Origin: Candidatus Poribacteria bacterium
Lineage (GTDB): Bacteria > Poribacteria > WGA-4E > WGA-3G
DNA: 64,000 bases
Direction: 5' to 3'
NCBI GenBank assembly: GCA_963668035.1
Contig: OY764073.1
Location: forward strand, 4,814,653-4,878,652
Shown one piece after another: positions 1-8,786 of this stretch (positions are counted from its first letter, which is position 1; each line of letters begins with the position of its first letter). Below the pieces are notes generated by a model, which was not told where the DNA came from, did not search any database, and was given only the letters and a program-made list of their open reading frames with translations. The translations under genes and the position numbers were made by a program.

Positions 1-1
1 A

Positions 2-718
2 TGGTTCGTCACAGACTGCTATCTCGCGAACCGCCGTGTCCTTTCTTTCACTGCCAAATACGATATGATCCATCTGATTGCCGATCCGCCCGTTTTATAC
101 TTTCCTAAAGTTTTTCTATTTGATGCACCGCAACAGACTGCTATAACGGTCAGACGCAGTGATGGCGACCCTGTTGCATGTACCGTCGACATACCTGAAA
201 ACTTGGCACAGAATGGACTGCTACAGGTTAAGGATAGAACAAGCGAAAGTGAAACTTTACCCTGTACGTTTGTTCTGGATCCACGATCTGTTACTACTGC
301 TAAACGCATTGCGGGTATCATACATCTGAAAGACGAAAAATCTGGTATGACAGTTCCAGTTCGGTTCGGCACAGATATTATTCAAAGTCGCGCAGAGATT
401 CACATCGAAAGTCCCCAACAACTTTCAGGTCAATCGGATGGGATTCCATTGACGATCACCAATGTTGGTGAAACGGAGATGAAAATTTTCGAGGTGCAAT
501 TTAAGGCTGGCAAATTTTATTGCACACCGCATCTGAGTCCACATCAGCTCCTCACATCGGGTGAATCCCTTGAGTTGCTTTTAAAAGTTAGAAGGCAGTT
601 TAGATTTTTCCGTAGTACCGTGGTTAGAGATACCCTCGTTATTAGACTCAGCGATTCGCAGTTTCCAGATGGTCTTTTTGAAAAAGAAATTGCCGCTGAG
701 GTTCAAGGAATTTTCTAA
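2..718 (+). CDS. hypothetical protein, C-terminal part (gene probably starts upstream of the window)
   Basis: The frame is open from nt 2 through the first ATG (65) to TAA 716-718. The sequence is beta-rich and Ig-like in appearance, with no catalytic motif recognised. Confidence 0.45.
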   Translation, partial: WFVTDCYLANRRVLSFTAKYDMIHLIADPPVLYFPKVFLFDAPQQTAITVRRSDGDPVACTVDIPENLAQNGLLQVKDRTSESETLPCTFVLDPRSVTTAKRIAGIIHLKDEKSGMTVPVRFGTDIIQSRAEIHIESPQQLSGQSDGIPLTITNVGETEMKIFEVQFKAGKFYCTPHLSPHQLLTSGESLELLLKVRRQFRFFRSTVVRDTLVIRLSDSQFPDGLFEKEIAAEVQGIF

Positions 719-870
719 ATTTTGGGATTCAGTCCGCTCTCCCCAAGAAAACAAATTCCGATGTCCCGAGAAAAATCCACTCCTATAGCAGTTGGCTTTC
801 CCACAAGGCAAGGGCTGCCCAGATTTTCTTCTCATCCTGCCAAAATGTTCTTCCGCTTCAAATTTTTGCG

Positions 871-900
871 TTTACGCGAAATCGCGAAATGTGATATAAT
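871..900 (+). promoter_or_regulatory. candidate sigma70-type promoter (TTTACG-N18-TGaTATAAT, extended -10)
   Basis: Motif read directly in the ~350-nt non-coding gap upstream of the dioxygenase gene. Not validated. Confidence 0.3.
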
Positions 901-1068
901 ATATCATGATGCTGGTGTGGATACAAGTTGACTTAGACCTTCCCGCGTGCTCATTCTATCATCATTACTATAGAGAGTCACACCTTGCAGCCTATCTCCA
1001 CGAGCGACTATTTTCTCTGAACATTCAGACCGACTTTGGGAAAATTTCATACAATTAAGGAGAAGACA

Positions 1069-1920
1069 ATGGCAACACAAGAACAGATTGATTTTTTTCA
1101 GGAAAATGGGTACCTCAAGTTTGGAAAAGTTTTGGACAGCGATGGCGTGGAAGCGATGCGCGATGGATTAGATGCTGTTATTGAACTGGAACTCACTGAA
1201 GGGGACGACTCCTCACCGGAGTTTAAGTATGGACATGATAGAAAACAGGATCGTCTCAATCGGGGCGGTGGTCACCCGCGTGCGATTCATCAATACGTGA
1301 ACATGTGGAAACGGGATCCGTATTACGATGCCGCTATTCATCACCCGCTCATCGCTGGGACAGCACGCGCATTGCTGGACACACCCGAAGTGCGTCTCTG
1401 GCACGACCAAGTTATTTCCAAGCCACCACACGATAACGGACATTTCGGATTCCATCACGATTTTTTCTTTTGGCCTCTCAGCCCGCCGAATATTGTCAGC
1501 TGCTGGCTCGCTTTGGACGATGCAACGGTGGACAGCGGCTGCATGCACGTTATGCCGAAAAGCCATAAAGATAAACGGTTCTCGGTTGCAGCGAGAGCAG
1601 CATTAAATGCAGAATCCGCAAAAGCCCAGGAGGAAGGACGCGAACCGCCGCCGAACCCATGGACAGACAGACGGGATTTGGACATCAGTCACGGTGTTCC
1701 AGTAGAGTTGAAAGCCGGCGAATGTATGTTCCATCACTGTCTCAACTGGCACGGTACCCCGCCGAATGTTACGGCTCAGCAGCGTCGCGCGTTCGTAATG
1801 ATTTTCATGGCAAAGGATGTGTGCTATAATAATGCACAAGCACCGGGGCATATTCTCGTGCCGACAATTGAGGTTGCGGATGGGGAGCCGCTTGTTGGGG
1901 ATGGATTTCCGGTGGCGTAA
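1069..1920 (+). CDS. phytanoyl-CoA dioxygenase (PhyH) family Fe(II)/2-oxoglutarate oxygenase
   Basis: N-terminus QIDFFQENGYLKFG, iron-binding H-x-D in GFHHDFFFWP, and CWLALDDATVDSGCMHVMPKSHK. ATG 1069 is preferred over TTG 1036 because AAGGAG lies just upstream. Confidence 0.8.
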   Translation: MATQEQIDFFQENGYLKFGKVLDSDGVEAMRDGLDAVIELELTEGDDSSPEFKYGHDRKQDRLNRGGGHPRAIHQYVNMWKRDPYYDAAIHHPLIAGTARALLDTPEVRLWHDQVISKPPHDNGHFGFHHDFFFWPLSPPNIVSCWLALDDATVDSGCMHVMPKSHKDKRFSVAARAALNAESAKAQEEGREPPPNPWTDRRDLDISHGVPVELKAGECMFHHCLNWHGTPPNVTAQQRRAFVMIFMAKDVCYNNAQAPGHILVPTIEVADGEPLVGDGFPVA

Positions 1921-1936
1921 CGAGGTTGGGTAAAAA

Positions 1937-3184
1937 ATGAAAGATTCAACGTTTATTAGAAGAGTTGTTCTAAAAAACTATAAGAGTATCGCCGCGTGTG
2001 ATGTGCAATTGCAACCGTTGACATTCCTTGTAGGACGTAACGGTTCTGGCAAGAGCAATTTTCTGGATGCGTTGCGATTTGTGGCCGACGCTTTGAATTC
2101 AACGCTGGAGCACGCCATACGCGACCGAGGGGGCATCAACGATGTTCGCCGCCGTTCACACGGACACCCAAATCACTTTAGCATTCGTCTTGAATTTACT
2201 CTATCCGAGGGTTCTACAGGACACTACGCGTTTCGGATTAGGACTTGTTCACCTGGGGAATATGAAGTTCAGACAGAAGTGTGTAGCATTCGAAACGAGG
2301 CGTGCCTCACGTCAGAAGCATACTTCCGTGTTGAGAGTGGGACTGTAACCGACACAAGCGTGGAAGTCGCACCGGCAGCTGCGACAGATCGGCTCTATTT
2401 GGTCAATGCATCTGGGCTGCCTGAATTTCGGCCTGTCTACGAGGCACTTTCTCGGATGGGATTTTACAATCTCAACCCCGATAAAATTCGATCCCTCCAA
2501 GACCCAGACCCTAGAGATATGCTTCTTCGTGATGGCGGTAACCTTACGAGTGTCTTTGCCCAACTGTCACCGACTGTGAAGCGAGACATTGAGGAATATC
2601 TTGCAATAATTGTCCCGGGTGTTCGTGGCGTAGAAATTGAAAAGTTTGGGGGCAAGGAAACATTAGCGTTCAGGCAGAATGTAGCGGGTGCTAAACATCC
2701 TTGGCGATTTCTTGCAAACAATATGTCTGATGGCACACTTCGTGCGCTGGGAATTTTGGTAGTACTATTTCAGGGAAATCAGAAGGCAGAAGAGCGCGTA
2801 ACACTCGTCGGAATTGAAGAACCCGAGACAGCACTTCATCCAGGAGCGGTAGCAGTCCTCCTTGACGGCCTTCGGGATGCTGCCCACAGGACGCAGGTTA
2901 TCGTCACTACTCACAGTCCAGAGCTGCTTGATAACAAGCATCTGGATGTGGAGTCAATTCTTGCAGCTGAAGCAGATGATGGTAATACAGTGATCGCTCC
3001 AGTGGATGAGGCAAGCAGATCTGTGGTGCAAGATCGACTGTTTACGGTCGGGGAACTTTTACGCAGTAATCAATTGCAACCGGACCCAGCAGCTCTTCCT
3101 GCTGCAAAGGAGAAACAACTATCTCTGTCTGATTTTGATAAGCCGAAATCTACTAAAGCAAGGAATAAAGGAAAACACGAATGA
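1937..3184 (+). CDS. ABC/OLD-like AAA ATPase (AAA_21/AAA_15-type, SMC-like head)
   Basis: Walker A GRNGSGKSN, Walker B/D-loop LVGIEEPETALHP, and H-loop TTHSPELL. The stop overlaps the next start (ATGA at 3181-3184). Confidence 0.8.
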   Translation: MKDSTFIRRVVLKNYKSIAACDVQLQPLTFLVGRNGSGKSNFLDALRFVADALNSTLEHAIRDRGGINDVRRRSHGHPNHFSIRLEFTLSEGSTGHYAFRIRTCSPGEYEVQTEVCSIRNEACLTSEAYFRVESGTVTDTSVEVAPAAATDRLYLVNASGLPEFRPVYEALSRMGFYNLNPDKIRSLQDPDPRDMLLRDGGNLTSVFAQLSPTVKRDIEEYLAIIVPGVRGVEIEKFGGKETLAFRQNVAGAKHPWRFLANNMSDGTLRALGILVVLFQGNQKAEERVTLVGIEEPETALHPGAVAVLLDGLRDAAHRTQVIVTTHSPELLDNKHLDVESILAAEADDGNTVIAPVDEASRSVVQDRLFTVGELLRSNQLQPDPAALPAAKEKQLSLSDFDKPKSTKARNKGKHE

Positions 3185-3633
3185 CAGTCAAAATCGGTTG
3201 CATTGTCGAAGGGGAAAGCGAGGTGGCAACTGTCCCCCTTCTGATTCGCCGCATCGCTGCGGATCTTTATCCAGAATTGCCGATTGTTGTGCCACCACCT
3301 CTTTGTCGTCCCCGGAATAAGGTTGTTAAAGAGGATGAACTTGAAAGAGCAGTTGAATTCGTGGCGCGGCAGATTGGTGGGCAAGGTGCTATATTTATCA
3401 TCCTTGATAGCGACAAGGACTGCCCAGCAGAATTGGGACCGACTCTACTTCACCGGGCATCACAAGCCCGTAGCGATTTGCCGATTGCCGTTGTGATTGC
3501 TAAAAACGAGTTTGAGGCGTGGTTCCTTGCAGCAGCCGAGTCCCTTCTTGGACAAAGAGGTCTGGGCGATGATATTCACCCGCCGGCCGATCCAGAGGCG
3601 ATCCGCGGAGCAAAAGAATGGTTGAGCCATTGA
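3181..3633 (+). CDS. DUF4276-family (Toprim-signature) protein, N-terminal 150 aa up to an in-frame TGA
   Basis: IVEGESEV (conserved Glu), ILDSDKDCP (DxD) and KNEFEAWFLA. ATGA overlap with the ATPase gene. Ends at TGA 3631-3633. Confidence 0.65.
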   Translation: MTVKIGCIVEGESEVATVPLLIRRIAADLYPELPIVVPPPLCRPRNKVVKEDELERAVEFVARQIGGQGAIFIILDSDKDCPAELGPTLLHRASQARSDLPIAVVIAKNEFEAWFLAAAESLLGQRGLGDDIHPPADPEAIRGAKEWLSH

Positions 3634-3804
3634 ATGAAGGGCAGCAGAACGTATAGTGAGACACAAGATCAGCCCGCGCTCACAGCACTGTTTGATATAG
3701 AACAGGCGCGTCAATCGGATTCATTTGATAAATGCTACCGAGACATCGTTCGTCTGCTTGATGAATTGCGAAAAACAGATGAAGCAACCAGTGAAAATGT
3801 GTAA
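3634..3804 (+). pseudogene. same-frame continuation of the DUF4276 gene after the in-frame TGA (56 aa, MKGSRTYSETQDQ...SFDKCYRDIVRLL)
   Basis: Nt 3634 is in the same frame as 3181. The combined length of 207 aa matches a full-length DUF4276 protein. Ends at TAA 3802-3804. Confidence 0.5.
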
Positions 3805-3819
3805 AATGGAGGACTCAAT

Positions 3820-5223
3820 ATGGAAAACAGACCAAATGTCATCTTTGTTCTAACGGACGACCAAGGCCCATGGGCTGCGGGGTGCTGCGGCAACGATGAG
3901 GTACGCACACCTTATCTCGATCAATTGGCTTCTGAAGGCACCCGTTTCCCGAATTTCTTCTGCACAAGTCCTGTCTGCTCGCCGGCACGCGCGAGTCTGA
4001 TGACCGGACGGATCCCGTCTGCACACGGGGTACACGACTGGATCCGCGACGGAAATATGCCGCCAGATCCTGCCCGATATTTAGACGGTCTCACTTGCTA
4101 TACAGACGTTCTTGCAGAAAACGACTACACGGTGGGATTGAGTGGCAAATGGCACCTCGGCGATAGCTTAACACCACAACACGGGTTCAGTCACTGGTTC
4201 GCTCTGCTTACAGGAGGAAGTAAGTACAACGATGCGGATATGATTCGAGATGGACAGGTAGAGATGCAACCCGGCTACCTCACCGACGTGATTACCGATG
4301 ATGCGTTAGACTTTATCTCTGCGAACAAAGAGGGACCGTTCTATCTCAGCGTCAATTATAACGCACCACATACGCCGTTTACAGGTCACCCGCAAGACAT
4401 CGTTGACTCTTATGATGATTGTCCGTTCAAAACATGTCCGCAAGAGGCATTGCATCCGTGGGCGGTGCAAGGTGCAGCGGCCCACATGGGTAACCGTGAA
4501 TCGTTGAAAGGCTATTTCGCAGCGATAACAGCACTCGATTTAAACGTTGGGCGGATTCTGGATCGGCTTGTGGCGTTAGGTATCCGTGAAAATACGCTCG
4601 TTGTGTTTAGCAGCGATAACGGGTACTCCTGTGGACATCACGGATTTTGGCATAAAGGTAACGGCACGTTCCCACTGAATATGTATGAAAACTCTGTGAA
4701 AGTCCCGTTTATTGTCAGCCATCCGGGTAGTATTCCTGAGGGGCGCGTCAGTGAAGCGATGGTGAGCCAATACGATTTTATGCCGACACTCCTTGACTAT
4801 CTCGGTTTACCCGACCCGAACGACGATATGTCGCCCGGCAGAAGTTTTGTCCCAGCACTTTCTGGTGAGACGAACGACGCGAAAGATGAGATCGTCATTT
4901 ACGATGAGTACGGGCCCGTCCGTATGATCCGGACACAGGAATGGAAATATGTGCATAGGTATCCTTACGGTCCGCATGAATTATACGATTTGGTAAACGA
5001 CCCGGGTGAACGGAAAAATCTGATAGATGATAAATCTCAGCATGCGTGTATCGGTGACATGCGTCAACAGATGGGTGCATGGTTTGAGCGGTATGTGCTA
5101 CCGGAATTAGATGGTGCAAGATGCTCAGTTACGGGTGGTGGACAAGCCGCAAAAATTGAGAAAGGCCAGTGCGGTGAAGGTGCTTTCCATCCGCGGTATG
5201 CACCGCCCCGATGGAATGTTTAG
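3820..5223 (+). CDS. sulfatase (formylglycine-dependent arylsulfatase family)
   Basis: VIFVLTDDQG and the CSPARASLMTGR (C-x-P-x-R) FGly motif. GGAGG lies upstream of the ATG. Confidence 0.9.
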   Translation: MENRPNVIFVLTDDQGPWAAGCCGNDEVRTPYLDQLASEGTRFPNFFCTSPVCSPARASLMTGRIPSAHGVHDWIRDGNMPPDPARYLDGLTCYTDVLAENDYTVGLSGKWHLGDSLTPQHGFSHWFALLTGGSKYNDADMIRDGQVEMQPGYLTDVITDDALDFISANKEGPFYLSVNYNAPHTPFTGHPQDIVDSYDDCPFKTCPQEALHPWAVQGAAAHMGNRESLKGYFAAITALDLNVGRILDRLVALGIRENTLVVFSSDNGYSCGHHGFWHKGNGTFPLNMYENSVKVPFIVSHPGSIPEGRVSEAMVSQYDFMPTLLDYLGLPDPNDDMSPGRSFVPALSGETNDAKDEIVIYDEYGPVRMIRTQEWKYVHRYPYGPHELYDLVNDPGERKNLIDDKSQHACIGDMRQQMGAWFERYVLPELDGARCSVTGGGQAAKIEKGQCGEGAFHPRYAPPRWNV

Positions 5224-5266
5224 GTATAAGACTTACGCAGATTTTCTGCATGTTGGGGAGAATATT

Positions 5267-5839
5267 ATGACAGCGATTGCCGTGCAAACCCATCTGACAC
5301 CTGAGGAATACCTCGCGTGGGAACGCAAAGCACCGTTCAAAAATGAATATCTCAGTGGACAGATACTCGCGATGTCCGGTGCAAGTCTCGCGCATAATCT
5401 GATCACAGGCAATATATTTAATGGACTTTACAACCAATTGACAGAACGGGAGTGCCTCACCTTTAGCGGTGAAATGCGCGTGAAGGCGAATCCTATGACC
5501 TCTTACTTTTATCCGGATGTCGCCGTTGTCTGTGATGAACCCCGTTTTGAAGATGATGTGTTTGACACGCTCCTGAATCCAACTGTCGTTGTGGAGGTGC
5601 TTTCTCGCTCAACTGCGGTTTATGACAAAGGTGAAAAATTTGAGTCGTATAAGCAGATCGCGTCCTTGCAAGAATACATCCTTGTTTCACAAGAACGGGT
5701 AAACGTTGAACGCCATTTTCGCTTAGGGACGCAGTGGCGGGCGATCAAATTTCACGAACTTGCCGATATACTGCCGCTGGATTCAATTCGCTGTCAACTG
5801 CCCTTGAGTCACATCTATAGACGCGTCAAATTTACATAA
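5267..5839 (+). CDS. Uma2 (DUF820) family putative endonuclease
   Basis: EEYLAWE...EYLSGQILAMSGASLAHN, YPDVAVVC and VVEVLSRST...DKGEKFESY. ATG 5267 follows GGGGAG. The longer ORF from 5111 would overlap the sulfatase gene. Confidence 0.75.
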   Translation: MTAIAVQTHLTPEEYLAWERKAPFKNEYLSGQILAMSGASLAHNLITGNIFNGLYNQLTERECLTFSGEMRVKANPMTSYFYPDVAVVCDEPRFEDDVFDTLLNPTVVVEVLSRSTAVYDKGEKFESYKQIASLQEYILVSQERVNVERHFRLGTQWRAIKFHELADILPLDSIRCQLPLSHIYRRVKFT

Positions 5840-5957
5840 GCATCGGACACATAGTTTTTGGTTAACGTGAGTTTGATAAAAGCATATTGTAGCGCGATGC
5901 ACGTCGCATCTGGGCGGGTACGCCGCAAAACTTTCCAGTTTGTGCTACAAGGGTCGC

Positions 5958-5982
5958 ACTGAAAACTGATAACCGATAACCC
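5958..5982. repeat. solitary arm of the heptamer repeat family (ACTGAAAACTGATAACCGATAACCC)
   Basis: Same TGATAAC-type heptamer array as at 17434-17466, 21961-21990 and 61781-61811. No opposing arm was seen here. Confidence 0.6.
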
Positions 5983-6005
5983 TAAAGACTAAAGAAAGGA
6001 ACGTA

Positions 6006-6854
6006 ATGGCGAGAGCTTATGCCCCCGGCAATATTTCGTGTGTTTTCAAGGTTATTCCGCACGCCGACCCGGCGCGTATGCACTCGCTCGGCATGGGTTT
6101 CACTGTTAAAGAAGGTGTAGAAGTCAGCGTCTCTGAGCAAAACGAGACGGAAGTGCTATTCAATAACGAGCGCATCAATTTCCCGACGGTCGTTGCTGTT
6201 GTTAATAGACTTATTCAAAGCAGTATTGCTGTAGGCATAAAGGTCGTCATTACGTCGCCACTGCCCCTCGGTTGTGGTTTTGGGCTCAGCGGTGCCGCAG
6301 CACTTGCAACTGCTTACGCGCTCAACGAACGCCTGTCTTTACGCAAAGGTAGCGAGGCGCTCGCGATGATAGCACACATCGCAGAGGTTGAGAACCGGAC
6401 AGGATTGGGTGATGTCTGTTCGCAATATCACGGCGGTTGCCTTGTCAAATTGAAGGAAGGGGCTCCTTTAGTTGCGGATAGACTACCGATTGCAGAGCAG
6501 CCGATCTACTATCGCTACTTCGGACCGATTCGGACAAGCGAGGTGCTTGGAAACAGAGAACAGACGCTCCGTATCAATCGTGCAGCAGATGTTGCGTTGC
6601 GTACATTGCAAACGCTTACCAGTGCTAAGCCGAATGCAGATCTCTTTAGTGCCTGCTTCGCGGTCTCAAAACAGTTTTCGGTAGCGAGCGGTTTGCTGTG
6701 TGATTCACGGGTGATAGAGACGATTACGGCTATTGAGGCAGAAGGCGGCGTTGCGTCAATGATAATGTTAGGGAACGGTGTATTTAGCACACATTCTTTT
6801 GAAGATGCAGTGGAAACGAGACTTGTTCACAATCCAGCACGCTTAATTTTGTAA
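6006..6854 (+). CDS. GHMP-superfamily kinase, pantoate kinase-like (COG1829-type)
   Basis: AYAPGNISCVF, GCGFGLSGAAALATAYAL, AHIAEVENRTGLGDVCSQYHGG and ASMIMLGNGVFS resemble archaeal pantoate kinase as I recall it. Confidence 0.6.
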   Translation: MARAYAPGNISCVFKVIPHADPARMHSLGMGFTVKEGVEVSVSEQNETEVLFNNERINFPTVVAVVNRLIQSSIAVGIKVVITSPLPLGCGFGLSGAAALATAYALNERLSLRKGSEALAMIAHIAEVENRTGLGDVCSQYHGGCLVKLKEGAPLVADRLPIAEQPIYYRYFGPIRTSEVLGNREQTLRINRAADVALRTLQTLTSAKPNADLFSACFAVSKQFSVASGLLCDSRVIETITAIEAEGGVASMIMLGNGVFSTHSFEDAVETRLVHNPARLIL

Positions 6855-6884
6855 GACAAAAGAGCCGCTGAGCGGAGCGATAGA

Positions 6885-8783
6885 ATGAAAATAGGGCTTT
6901 TTTTATCACTTTTTATGGTATCTGTTGCCTTCGGTGCGGTTGAGATTGAGCATGTGGCGTTTGGATTCAACGAAGGTTACAAGACAGGCACATGGGCACC
7001 TCTGACTATCACTGTTCAAGGTCAAGAGACGTTTAGTGTTCCCGACCAGCGGATATTGGCAGTGGACGTTAGAAGTTTTTCCTCAAATACACCTATCCAG
7101 CGGTATGTCACTTCATTGGCTGGATCACAACGGAAAAATTTCTATATCTATTGCCCGAAAAATGCCACGGAACTTGTCATTGAACTGGGACCTGCCCCAC
7201 AGTCGGGGAACACAGTATCTCAAGCCAAAATGCGACGCGTGATGCAGGAGATCGCTTTACCGACACCCCTTGCCCGCAAAGACTTCCTTGTATTGGTGTT
7301 TGCACCGAGCGGTGATAAACTCAAACGGCTTATTGACAAAAAGCAGTTAGCGGCTCGTGATGACGCGCGGGTCCTTATGGCGTACCCAACGGCATTGCCC
7401 CGTGACTGGATAGGTTATAGTGCAGCGGATGTTCTCATTATTCGCGAGAAGGTCTTGACAGAGAGGCGTATCTCTAAAGCACAACAGACAGCGATGCTGG
7501 ATTGGGTACAGCGTGGCGGCACCCTTATTGTCTCTGGCGGTGGTAATTATAAATATCTGCGCGGCAGTTTTATAGAACCCTTTCTTCCGGTTAAATTGAA
7601 GGCACCGGTGCAAACAGAAACAATCCCGGCTGCTTTACACAAACAACTCGGTTTCGAGTCATTAGGCAGAAACAAGGTCAGGTTTGAACTTATCCCGTTT
7701 TCTCCGAAACCGGGATGTGAAACGTTAATCGGTACAACGGAGCAGATCTATGCAGCGAAGCGGAACTTTGGAGACGGTCAGATCGTTTGTCTTGCATTTG
7801 ATTACAATGCCCCGCCCTTTATAGAAAAGTCGGAACAACAGGGCGGTGAAACATTCTGGATCGGGTTGCTGAGTAGACACGGTAAATCTCCGCGGCATCT
7901 TGCGGACCGGCATGCACTCGCGCTCCAACATGAGGAGAGAATTTACCAGCAGTTTTCATCAACTTCTGTCAAAGGTGAACCGACTCAAGTGCCATTTATT
8001 AAACTGCTGGTTATAGCTTTACCTATATACTTGTTGAGTTTTGGTGGTTTCTTACTTTACTTTGGGAAGTCGAAGCGAAAGGCACGCACCTATTGGATAG
8101 GTGGACTGCTCCTCGTTTTACTCTCGTTGAGTACAATTGCAGGCGCAAGAAACGTATTACCGAACAGCGTTACGGCGAACCGTTTGTCAATTTTGTCAAT
8201 CTATCCGGATCGGAAGCGTGCGCACCTGCAAAGCTATGTCGCTCTCAGGGCTACGGCGCGTGCAGAAATATCTATTGACCTAATAAAAGGGAGTTTCATT
8301 CGCCATCAAGAAACGGAGAATCCTCAAAAGATTGGGACATTGATTCAGGATTCACGTATTCAACTACGAGAACTTCCGGTGGCACCGTGGCATCCTACCA
8401 CTTATATGCAAGAAACATTTTTGGATGTCCAAGAATTTCCGCGTATCCTTGAAAACGCATGGCACGTTACAGGTGAAGAGATGACTTACTTAGGGAATGT
8501 CACACTTGATACTGAATTAGCACCTGAATTTTCAACAGCAGGCCTCCGGCGGCGCGTAACACCTGCAATGCCACCTGCTAAAGACCTCCGTGGCACGCGA
8601 AAGTGGTTTGCACAAATTCTACGGCAGGAACAGGTGTTACGATACTTAGCTCCGGAGACACCTGTACACCTATCATCTTATCTGATCGGCTGGACTTCCG
8701 AAGGTTTTACGGACATGGCAGTATCTGGAAATGTTAGCATAAATAACGAAACTTTAGTGATTTTTCGTTTTAGACAGAGGTGA
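6885..8783 (+). CDS. hypothetical membrane-anchored protein
   Basis: Signal-like N-terminus and two hydrophobic helices (VIALPIYLLSFGGFLLYF, YWIGGLLLVLLSLSTIAG). No family was recognised. Confidence 0.5.
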   Translation: MKIGLFLSLFMVSVAFGAVEIEHVAFGFNEGYKTGTWAPLTITVQGQETFSVPDQRILAVDVRSFSSNTPIQRYVTSLAGSQRKNFYIYCPKNATELVIELGPAPQSGNTVSQAKMRRVMQEIALPTPLARKDFLVLVFAPSGDKLKRLIDKKQLAARDDARVLMAYPTALPRDWIGYSAADVLIIREKVLTERRISKAQQTAMLDWVQRGGTLIVSGGGNYKYLRGSFIEPFLPVKLKAPVQTETIPAALHKQLGFESLGRNKVRFELIPFSPKPGCETLIGTTEQIYAAKRNFGDGQIVCLAFDYNAPPFIEKSEQQGGETFWIGLLSRHGKSPRHLADRHALALQHEERIYQQFSSTSVKGEPTQVPFIKLLVIALPIYLLSFGGFLLYFGKSKRKARTYWIGGLLLVLLSLSTIAGARNVLPNSVTANRLSILSIYPDRKRAHLQSYVALRATARAEISIDLIKGSFIRHQETENPQKIGTLIQDSRIQLRELPVAPWHPTTYMQETFLDVQEFPRILENAWHVTGEEMTYLGNVTLDTELAPEFSTAGLRRRVTPAMPPAKDLRGTRKWFAQILRQEQVLRYLAPETPVHLSSYLIGWTSEGFTDMAVSGNVSINNETLVIFRFRQR

Positions 8784-8786
8784 AAC

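Noticed and set aside
3631-3633. Selenocysteine as the explanation for the in-frame TGA in the DUF4276 gene.
   Set aside because: There is no convincing hairpin at the distance seen for the two other UGA sites, and no conserved Cys or redox motif is expected at this position. A nonsense mutation, an error or a split gene is more likely.
5111-5266. A long N-terminal extension of the Uma2 ORF overlapping the end of the sulfatase gene.
   Set aside because: The extension has no similarity to Uma2 proteins. ATG 5267 has a GGGGAG RBS and gives the usual length of about 190 aa.
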